Shown here piece after piece: positions 56,517 to 64,000 of a DNA stretch of 64,000 nt (position 1 is its first letter; the number at the start of each line of letters is the position of its first letter). A program made the translations under genes and the position numbers. The notes under the pieces are model-generated. The model had not been told where the DNA came from. It saw only the letters and a list, made by a program, of their open reading frames with translations, and did not search any database. The stretch is from Candidatus Levybacteria bacterium RIFCSPHIGHO2_01_FULL_40_16. Lineage in GTDB: Bacteria; Patescibacteriota; Microgenomatia; Levybacterales; UBA12049. The stretch is from NCBI GenBank assembly GCA_001783805.1, contig MFNS01000007.1:1594-65593 (forward strand), given 5' to 3'.

Positions 56517-58261
56517 TTGCCCTCTTCAATCATAGATAGAAGCGCTTCTTGAGGAATTGATATTTTTGCCTGGGAAATCATGCGGGATTTTCCTTTTTTC
56601 TGTGCTTCCAGTAGCTTATCTTTCCTTCTCCTGTCTCCTCCTGACATCTTGGCTAAAACATCTTTTCTAAAAGGCGGAATTTCTTCACGGGCTACAATCT
56701 CCCCATCTACAACTCCTTGAATAATTTGTCTGAATTGCTGTCTTGACAAAGAGTCTTTAAGTCTGGCGGCTTTTTTTTTCGCTTCACTTATTGCCTCATC
56801 TTTGTAAGCCAATTCCGATAAAACGTCAATTCCGATATCATTCACTTTTATTTCTACCTTTGCCAAATCCGCTTCTTTATAAGATGTAACTTCGTAATCC
56901 AGGCTCGCAAACCCTTCCGATGCCGATTTCAAATCCGAGGAAATTCCTCTAATAAACATGCTGTAGGGCATATCGTAGGATAGGACCGCATAACTTTCAT
57001 GGTAACTTAGATCCAATAAGCTTCCTTTCCGACTCTGGCAGATATTCATAATCGGTCCTACATAATTTTTCGGACTATAAACTATCAGTGTCATGTAGGG
57101 CTCAAATATTGTCCCATCTTCTTTTTTATCATATAGAACCTGGGGCATTGTCAGCAAAATTTCCAAATTAAATTCTTGTTTTATTCTTTCTTTAACAATC
57201 TGCGCGTGCAAAAGTCCCAAGAAACCTATTCTAAATCCGCTTCCCAAATACGATGAGTATTCTTCCGTGTAAGTTAGGGCCGTATCATTTAAAGTTAGTT
57301 TCGCCAGAGATTCTTTTAGATAAATATAATCTGATGTAGCTTTTGGATAAACCCCGAAAAATACCATTGGTTTTGGAATCTTATATCCAGGCAATGCTTG
57401 AAAATTGTTACTTGTTAATTGTAAATTGTTAATGGTTATCGTATCTCCAACACGCACTTTTCGGATATCCTTAATTCCCGTAATAATATAACCAATTTCT
57501 CCTGTTGCAAGGCTACTCGCAGAGACTAGGTGTGGAGAAAAATATCCGAGGTCCGTAATTTCTGACTCAAGATTATTCTGATAAAATTTAATTTTTTCTC
57601 CTTTTGAAACTTGTCCATCAACAATCCTGACGTAGGCAACTACTCCGCGGAATTCGTCGTATACAGCATCAAAAATTAACCCTCGCAATGTTTTTTCTTT
57701 TCCCCCTTTTGGCGCAGGGAGTTTTTTAACAACAGCTTCTAAAAGTTTGTCCACGTTTCTGCCTGTTTTTGCAGAAATACAAATTATTTCCTCTTGCTTA
57801 AAGCCAAAAGTCTCAATTAGCTCTTTACTGGTTATTTCTGCTTGTGCGCTGGGCAAATCAACCTTATTAACTACGGGAATTAATACTAAATTTTGTTTTT
57901 TCGCTTCCCTAAAATGCGCCACGGTCTGAGCCTGAATTCCTTGAGTCGCATCTACTAACAATATTGCTCCCTCGCAGGCAGCCAGAGTCCGGGAAACCTC
58001 ATACGAGAAATCAACATGGCCGGGAGTGTCAATTAAATTCAGAATGTAGAATTCAGAATTAAGAATGTATTTCATGCGGACAGGAGCAAGCTTAATGGTT
58101 ATTCCTCGTCTGCGGCTGATTGGATTTTGGTCCAGAAATTGCTCCTGCATTTTATCTTTTTGGATAGTATTGGTTATTTCCAAAAGCCTGTCTGCAAGAG
58201 TAGATTTTCCATGATCAACATGAGCGATAATTGCAAAATTCCGAATATTACCCTGAATCAT
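56513..58261 (-). CDS. lepA: elongation factor 4 (LepA)
   Basis: IRNFAIIAHVDHGKSTLADRLLE, DTPGHVDF, the LepA-specific C-terminal domain. Confidence 0.92.
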   Translation of the reverse strand: MIQGNIRNFAIIAHVDHGKSTLADRLLEITNTIQKDKMQEQFLDQNPISRRRGITIKLAPVRMKYILNSEFYILNLIDTPGHVDFSYEVSRTLAACEGAILLVDATQGIQAQTVAHFREAKKQNLVLIPVVNKVDLPSAQAEITSKELIETFGFKQEEIICISAKTGRNVDKLLEAVVKKLPAPKGGKEKTLRGLIFDAVYDEFRGVVAYVRIVDGQVSKGEKIKFYQNNLESEITDLGYFSPHLVSASSLATGEIGYIITGIKDIRKVRVGDTITINNLQLTSNNFQALPGYKIPKPMVFFGVYPKATSDYIYLKESLAKLTLNDTALTYTEEYSSYLGSGFRIGFLGLLHAQIVKERIKQEFNLEILLTMPQVLYDKKEDGTIFEPYMTLIVYSPKNYVGPIMNICQSRKGSLLDLSYHESYAVLSYDMPYSMFIRGISSDLKSASEGFASLDYEVTSYKEADLAKVEIKVNDIGIDVLSELAYKDEAISEAKKKAARLKDSLSRQQFRQIIQGVVDGEIVAREEIPPFRKDVLAKMSGGDRRRKDKLLEAQKKGKSRMISQAKISIPQEALLSMIEEGN

Positions 58262-58329
58262 ATAGATGATATTATATCGGAAATCGCAGCCTAATGCGGA
58301 AAACTTTCAAAATCAAATAAGAACAGGGA

Positions 58330-59622
58330 CTAATTAGGTCTTGTAGGATTTGAGTTTTCAGCTATTATAGCTCTTGCGCAAACCTGAACCAACAAAGCTT
58401 CATTCCACAAGATATGATTATTGTTTGGGGTAAGCCCTCCTCCGCGTTGGTCTAAAAGTTCTGGAAGATAACCATGCTGGTTCTGAAGATCAATTACTTT
58501 TTTGAGACAGACTAATCCTTTCGCTTGAAATTTTTTGCCTGTGTCACGATCTCCATTATTGGATAAATTAATTGCCTTCTCCAATAGTATCTTTGCTTCA
58601 AAAAGAGCTCCCATTGTCCAGATAGCTTCTTTTCCTTCAACGCCATAATAAGTGTCTCCTATGAAACGCTTTTTCCCTGGCCATTGACCATTACCCAATT
58701 GACTATTTGATTTTATAAAATATGGCGAAAGAGAAAATCCATCTAATGCTCCTAATCCAAGAGCTACAAGCGTAGCTAAATCAGTTTCACTATGGTGTCC
58801 GAAGGGAATCGTGTGCTCTTTGGGATAATTGTCCTCAGCAAATTTCCTGGCATTGAACACTGCTCTTTTAATTGATTTCTTAGAAACTGCCGAAACAAAT
58901 GAGCTAATTTGCTCTAATCCTTTAGCAACAATTGCAACCGACGAAAGAGGGGCGGGACTATAAACAGGACATCCTTCCCACATGGAAGATTGCTCAAGCT
59001 CTGTTACTTTAATTCTTGATAGATATCCAACGATTGATTCTACTGCATCCTGCCGGCTCGTATCCAAAGAGATAAGATTCTGTTTCAAGCCTGAACCTAA
59101 GCTTATTAATAATTCTCCCCAGCAATCAGGCTGATTCTGTCTATCCCAAAAAGCTTGTCTTCCATCTGTTTCAAAATGTATTGGCGGAGCCTCCCTAGTT
59201 AGCACTCTATAGCCTAACAAGTGCCCTTCCTTATCTTTCGCTTCTTCAGATTCTTGCTCAAACGCGCTTTTCCAAGGCTCACGATTAGCCAGATCAAGCA
59301 TTTCCTTCATAAAACTCGCGGCTGACTCAATAGCCTTTCCCCCTATTTTCGATTCGGGAGGAAAAATTTTGAGGAAATACGGATCCCAAAAAGCGCCCGC
59401 AGTTATTGAGCCGTCTCTAACCCAATGACGGTGGTATGGATGGACATTGCGCTCTTTCGTTGAGGCGGGAAATAAACCCGTTACAGGGTTTTGCGCCTGC
59501 AATATGGTGGGAACGCTACTTTCGATAAGTTTTCTATAATTTTCTTGAGAAGATAACAACTCCTTACCATTCGCTGGAGATAAAGCCTGCCCTATGGGTT
59601 CTTTTTCTGTTAAAGAAACCAT
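58330..59622 (-). CDS. glucoamylase-like (GH15-related, (alpha/alpha)6-barrel) protein
   Basis: YHRHWVRDGSITA (GH15 W-x-R-D motif), LWNEALL, overall length; tentative. Confidence 0.35.
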   Translation of the reverse strand: MVSLTEKEPIGQALSPANGKELLSSQENYRKLIESSVPTILQAQNPVTGLFPASTKERNVHPYHRHWVRDGSITAGAFWDPYFLKIFPPESKIGGKAIESAASFMKEMLDLANREPWKSAFEQESEEAKDKEGHLLGYRVLTREAPPIHFETDGRQAFWDRQNQPDCWGELLISLGSGLKQNLISLDTSRQDAVESIVGYLSRIKVTELEQSSMWEGCPVYSPAPLSSVAIVAKGLEQISSFVSAVSKKSIKRAVFNARKFAEDNYPKEHTIPFGHHSETDLATLVALGLGALDGFSLSPYFIKSNSQLGNGQWPGKKRFIGDTYYGVEGKEAIWTMGALFEAKILLEKAINLSNNGDRDTGKKFQAKGLVCLKKVIDLQNQHGYLPELLDQRGGGLTPNNNHILWNEALLVQVCARAIIAENSNPTRPN

Positions 59623-59700
59623 AAATAAAGCCTGAAAGCTTAAAAAGCTTAACCTTATTCAGACTATCCTTTATTTATTGCCTTGTCAATGTTTGGAGGA

Positions 59701-61368
59701 CTAAGGACTAAGATGGGTTCCGTCAATTGCCTCTTCGCTTTTGCTCAAGATTTCCCTCCAATTCCCAATTTTCTTAAAAATTAGTAAAAATGTACTTGCT
59801 TCTTTGACGTTAAAAAACCAAGTTAAGAAAAGATAAAAAGAAAGACCAATGAAACTTGAAATGCCTGTAAGAAATATCAGATTTATAGTCCGAGTGGTGT
59901 CAAAAACTAATTGATCCAACAGTTTTATCGGAATATACAGGGAAATGCCTGTAAAAAATGTTGCAATCATAATCTTAAGGGGTGGCAAGAACAACAAAGC
60001 TTTCGGAAACCCACCTACTTTTCTATCAAGAAGAATAATCAGTATAATTAATTGTAGAACATTAGCCAAGGTAAATGCTAGCGCAATGCTTTCAATCCCC
60101 ATGCTTTGGACGATTACAAAATAATATCCGAGTATAATAAGGAGTACCGTTGAAAATGCGCTAACAATTAGAGGAATAAAAGAGTTGTGTAATGCATAAA
60201 ATGCGCGGTAAAAAAGAACAATCAGGGCTTGGGCAAAAATAGAAAGAGATAAAAATGCCAAGATGTGACCGGTCAAAACTGTTGCCGTCCAGTCGAATTT
60301 ATCCGCCCCGAAAGCCAGTCTCACAATGGGAATACGTAGAACCAGCATAATAACTGAGGCCGGAAGAATAAGATAGAGCATTTGATTGAAGCTTGTAATA
60401 AAGGTTATTTTAAAATCGGCCAAATTGTTTTTTTCGCGGGATAAAACCGGAAATGCCGCTTGAGCAATACTAAGTCCAATCAGTGAAACTGGCGCGAACA
60501 TCAGAGTTTTTGCCGAATCAAAGAGTAAATTAGTACGTCCGGGCTGAGCCATAAAGGCAATAATTGCCGCAAGAATAATTGTGCCCACTTGTTGAACTCC
60601 GACCTGAATAGTACGAGGCCACATCAGCATAAATACTTTGTTTAGTCCCTGCGCTTTAAGAAAATCGTAGGACGGAACAAAAGAAAATCCAATTTTTTTA
60701 GTAAGCGGGGCTTGAAGCGCCACAAAAATAATCGCACCCAGAATGACACCATAGGGAACAGCATAAATTCCAAAACGTTGATGAAACAGCAAGATACCAA
60801 TTATTATTCCGACATTGTAAAATGCGGCTGCTATTCCAGGAATGAAAAAATGATTATATGATTGCAAGAGCGCGCTAAAAAACGTACCGATTATATAAAT
60901 TATCTGACCTATAATAATAATCCGCATTAAATTAGCCATAAGCTCCATGTCGGGACGAGAAAAATTTTGTCCACCGTTGAAAATAGTCAGTATTTGTGGG
61001 GCAAAAATTACCAGCACAAGCGAGAAAGCTACAAATACGGTAAGCCCCGTTACCAGAAGCGTTGAAGCCATTTTGTGAGCTTGGCCTTCTTGATTTTTTA
61101 CTAAATATTCAGAAAAAACCGGTATAAAAGCTGAGGCCAGTGCCGCTGCAATAGCTAATTGGAAAATGGTATCGGGAAGTATTGAAGCATAATTATAAAT
61201 ACCCAAAGTATTAGATGGCCCAAAAATAGAGAATAACAATCTTGTACGCAGTAAGCCTAAAATCTGAGATAGAATAACGGTTGCCATGATTATAAAAGCG
61301 GCGGAAAGAATATTGGTTTGCCGGCGAAGAAGCAGAGTGAAACTTTTTTTCAAAAAATTCTGGACCAT
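59701..61368 (-). CDS. murJ: lipid II flippase MurJ (MviN)
   Basis: 14-TM MOP-superfamily topology; N-terminal LGLLRTRLLFSIFG and FIPVFSE blocks. Confidence 0.85.
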   Translation of the reverse strand: MVQNFLKKSFTLLLRRQTNILSAAFIIMATVILSQILGLLRTRLLFSIFGPSNTLGIYNYASILPDTIFQLAIAAALASAFIPVFSEYLVKNQEGQAHKMASTLLVTGLTVFVAFSLVLVIFAPQILTIFNGGQNFSRPDMELMANLMRIIIIGQIIYIIGTFFSALLQSYNHFFIPGIAAAFYNVGIIIGILLFHQRFGIYAVPYGVILGAIIFVALQAPLTKKIGFSFVPSYDFLKAQGLNKVFMLMWPRTIQVGVQQVGTIILAAIIAFMAQPGRTNLLFDSAKTLMFAPVSLIGLSIAQAAFPVLSREKNNLADFKITFITSFNQMLYLILPASVIMLVLRIPIVRLAFGADKFDWTATVLTGHILAFLSLSIFAQALIVLFYRAFYALHNSFIPLIVSAFSTVLLIILGYYFVIVQSMGIESIALAFTLANVLQLIILIILLDRKVGGFPKALLFLPPLKIMIATFFTGISLYIPIKLLDQLVFDTTRTINLIFLTGISSFIGLSFYLFLTWFFNVKEASTFLLIFKKIGNWREILSKSEEAIDGTHLSP

Positions 61369-61405
61369 TGTTTACTTTTACAGTATAGCATGCTAAAATG
61401 GCGCA

Positions 61406-61648
61406 ATGCCAGTAATAAGAAGTGCCAAAAAAAAATTAAAAGCCGATAGAAAAAGGGAATCCGTTAATAAAAAAGCACAAGTTTTTATTAATTTTGTTAT
61501 TAAAAAAGCTCAAAGAAAACCATCTCCGGAAAGCATCCGAAAAGCTTTTAAGGCCATTGATAAAGGAGTAAAGAAAGACATCTTTCACAAGAATAAAGCA
61601 GCCAGACTCAAATCCAGATTGTTAAAGCTTATTGCCAAAAAGTCATAA
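61406..61648 (+). CDS. rpsT: 30S ribosomal protein S20
   Basis: MPVIRSAKKKLKADRKRESVNK...; 80 aa, basic and helical. Confidence 0.85.
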   Translation: MPVIRSAKKKLKADRKRESVNKKAQVFINFVIKKAQRKPSPESIRKAFKAIDKGVKKDIFHKNKAARLKSRLLKLIAKKS

Positions 61649-61765
61649 TCCTTAATGAAAGCGAAAGTTTTAAAATCAGCCGGAACAAAAAAGACTAAAA
61701 AGAACAAAAGATAAGCTCCATAAGGCTTTGACAAAAAGCCTAAATTCCCCTAGACTAAATTTATC

Positions 61766-62305
61766 ATGTCAGACAATCTGCCTTCTATAAATTTAATAAA
61801 AAATAAGCAAATTCCCCTATTTGATAAATTCATGGATTGGATTTTAACAATCGGCCGCTTAATCGTAATAATAACTGAATTTGTAGCAATATTAGCTTTC
61901 GTTTATCGATTTTCTCTTGATGAGAAGCTTGTTGAACTGCATTCCGCAATCAAGCAGGAACAAAATATCATCTCTATTTTTAAAAATGACGAGAGTAAGT
62001 ATAGAAATTTGCAAGACCGTCTTAACTTAGCTGCAACTTTTTCGGAAAAGGCTACCAAGATCAACCAAACGATTACAAATATCACAGATATTGCAAATTT
62101 AATACCAAGTCAAACAAGAATTAATAATTTTATTCTGAATAAAGATCGGATAAATATAGACTTTAACGTAACCTCCGTATCATCCTTGGCAAGCTTTATA
62201 AACCCTCTTAAAAGCTATCCGGGAATCAAATCTATGAGTATCGATAATATAGAAAGCAAACCATCCGTTGGTCTTTCCGCTAATATTACCGCCATACTTA
62301 AATAA
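61766..62305 (+). CDS. type IV pilus assembly protein PilN-like
   Basis: N-terminal TM followed by a coiled region; order PilN-PilO-small protein-FN3. Confidence 0.5.
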   Translation: MSDNLPSINLIKNKQIPLFDKFMDWILTIGRLIVIITEFVAILAFVYRFSLDEKLVELHSAIKQEQNIISIFKNDESKYRNLQDRLNLAATFSEKATKINQTITNITDIANLIPSQTRINNFILNKDRINIDFNVTSVSSLASFINPLKSYPGIKSMSIDNIESKPSVGLSANITAILK

Positions 62306-62308
62306 AAT

Positions 62309-62923
62309 ATGCAAAATAATTCTCAAGATTTAATAAAAAAAGGATATTCCCCGACCATTCCATATCTAACTCCGGAAAGGAATCAAAAATTTTTTGGTAT
62401 AGTATTAACCCTTTGTGCTTTATCCTTTTTTGGATTTTTTGCGATAAGACCTACGGTCTCAACGATCCTAAAATTACAAAAAGAGCTTTCTGACAATCAG
62501 TTTGTTTTAGATCAACTTAAAACTAAAATAAAAAATTTAACCGAATTAAGAAAACAATATTTTAGCTTACAAAGCGATCTGCCAACGATAACTAGTGCAA
62601 TCACCATACAACCGGACGTCCAACTTCTTTTTGCACAGATACAGTCTATTGCGCAAGCGTCAAGCATTACTATAAAAAAACTTCAGAATTTTGAAGTAGA
62701 GATTTCAAGCGGGAGCAAAGGTACCAGGAAAGATTATTATGCCTATTCTTTTTCAATTGCCGGGACTGGGTCTTTTGAGAATATATCTAAGTTCATATCA
62801 ACGCTTACGAATATGGAAAGAATTGTTAATATTGACGTTTTTTCCATCAATATGACTGATCAAGACAGCGGATCTTTAGGATTCGATATTCAGGGGTCTG
62901 CATTTTTCAAAGATAATTTATGA
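62309..62923 (+). CDS. type IV pilus assembly protein PilO-like
   Basis: TM + coiled-coil + C-terminal ferredoxin-like region; adjacent to PilN-like. Confidence 0.5.
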   Translation: MQNNSQDLIKKGYSPTIPYLTPERNQKFFGIVLTLCALSFFGFFAIRPTVSTILKLQKELSDNQFVLDQLKTKIKNLTELRKQYFSLQSDLPTITSAITIQPDVQLLFAQIQSIAQASSITIKKLQNFEVEISSGSKGTRKDYYAYSFSIAGTGSFENISKFISTLTNMERIVNIDVFSINMTDQDSGSLGFDIQGSAFFKDNL

Positions 62924-62932
62924 GTTTTTGAT

Positions 62933-63223
62933 ATGAAACAAAAGGATATTTTAATAATTCTAATTCTTCTTTTCATCTTTGTTCTAGCCTGGATCGGAGG
63001 AAACATTTATCATAGCGGAGTAAGCTCTACAATATCCGAAACAACAGCTAAAGATATCGCGCCTATTACTCCGACTTTTGACACGAAGACTATTGATAAA
63101 TTAAAATCCAGAAAAAAAATAGTTCCATCTTTTGAGCTTGAGAGCGTAACTCCTACTCCCATTGTTCTGCCTACTCTACCTCTCTCCCCAAACGCTTCTC
63201 AGGAAGGAAAGCTGTTGTTGTGA
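62933..63223 (+). CDS. small secreted/TM protein (PilP-like position), P/T-rich
   Basis: ORF, N-terminal TM. Confidence 0.3.
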   Translation: MKQKDILIILILLFIFVLAWIGGNIYHSGVSSTISETTAKDIAPITPTFDTKTIDKLKSRKKIVPSFELESVTPTPIVLPTLPLSPNASQEGKLLL

Positions 63224-63254
63224 TCCATTCGATAGACTCAGGATCATATTGAGG

Positions 63255-64000
63255 AAATCAAAATATGAGAAGCAAATTGCTCAACAGAAGAATTCCGACA
63301 ATTCTAGGTATTATTTTTATTTTATTAGGCATACTCTTAACAACTCCTATCATTAAGAATCAAACCATGTTTAAAAGTAGCGCTATAAATTCACAAGAAC
63401 CCCAAAATGTAAGAATGACGAATATTTCGGATCAATCCTTTACCGTAACTTATCAAACCAAACTGCCTTCTACCGGTTCTATTAGTTACGGGAGCGATAA
63501 AAAATTAGGAGAATCCGGATTGGAAGACGCAGATAAACAAACAGGATCTTTTTCTCCCAAAAAAATTCACAGCATATCTGTAAATAAACTAACGCCTACT
63601 ACAAAATATTATTTAACAATTATTTCAGGATCTAATACGTTTCTAAATAACGGAGCCCCGTTTGAGGTAACAACCGGAAGTACTATTGCTTCTCCATCTG
63701 CCAATCAGAATGAGATAAAAGGAAAAATTGTTTTACCGGATGGCAGTATTCCTCCTGAGGCGCTCGCATACTTAAGTACGGAAAATTCACAACTTTTATC
63801 TACTATAACTGCCAAGGATGGAAAATTCAGTTTTTCATTAAAAGGGTTGAGAACTAACGATCTTTCTAGTTACCTCAAGGCAACTGATAGCGCTGTTTTC
63901 AAAATCTCCACTACGGATGGCTCTTTAAATTCAACCGTATTAGTATCTTTAAATCAGGCAAATTCTATTCCGGTTATAACACAATCTAATAATTACGATT
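63255..64000 (+). CDS. fibronectin type III domain protein (pilus-associated), 3'-truncated by the window
   Basis: ATG at 63255; N-terminal TM; NVRMTNISDQSFTVTYQT...YGSDKKLG... is an FN3 signature. Confidence 0.5.

Noticed and set aside
1-64000. tRNA, rRNA, tmRNA, RNase P, SRP RNA, CRISPR arrays
   Set aside because: Intergenic regions were scanned by eye for T-loop (GTTCGAATC-like) cloverleaf signatures, the SRP domain IV motif and regularly spaced direct repeats, and none were found. A proper tRNAscan, Infernal and CRISPR-finder run would be needed to be definitive.

Overview
This is an AT-rich, gene-dense segment that looks like a reduced Patescibacteria/CPR-type genome. The call rests on the compact housekeeping set, aaRS and IF-2 forms lacking accessory domains, sortase/type IV pilus genes, and the near absence of Shine-Dalgarno sequences. 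It is an inference, not a database result. Core genes recognised by conserved motifs: rpoC (partial) and rpoB; alaS; a sortase; a thymidine/AMP-phosphorylase-family enzyme; mltG; rodZ; ftsK; rnj; a minus-strand nusA-infB-(DHH)-rpsO-pnp string; hrcA-grpE-dnaK-dnaJ; groES-groEL; metG; a cell-envelope glycan cluster (tatD, GT2, GT-C/GT39, WecA-like GT4, UbiA-family DPPR synthase); lepA; murJ; rpsT; and a pilN/pilO/FN3 type IV pilus block running off the 3' end. No rRNA, tRNA or CRISPR array was found.

The window is unusually rich in short repeat families:
1. An eight-copy GC-rich motif (G5-[CGCCGCC]-GCAGATCC, sometimes with a 5' GACCGGTAAAA extension) marks the boundaries of a cassette-like array of small accessory genes at 17.1-21.0 kb: EamA half-transporter, GNAT, a guanidino-modifying-enzyme-like protein, YoeB/YefM, and two tiny ORFs. 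Most of these genes start 6-9 nt after a TGnTATAAT box, so their transcripts would be leaderless.
2. A ~200-230 nt element is present in three copies (18.2, 33.5, 41.9 kb) with clean compensatory base changes in at least four helices. It is a candidate structured ncRNA or MITE.
3. A 36-nt hairpin-forming GC-rich element is inserted in frame, at >90% nucleotide identity, inside alaS (splitting the GNWS-GDYFK motif), metG and a 767-aa membrane protein. Degenerate copies sit inside a GC-rich insertion in infB.
4. A 22-40 bp direct repeat flanks a mazEF + unknown-gene islet and supplies the last codons of pnp; one GC-motif copy likewise supplies the last 15 codons of rnj.

Other notable points: a Lon-like AAA+ module with no protease domain; two paralogous unknown proteins, one sitting in the usual rbfA/truB slot; a membrane-anchored ClpB-like ATPase with a degenerate first Walker A; and non-canonical HrcA-type operators.
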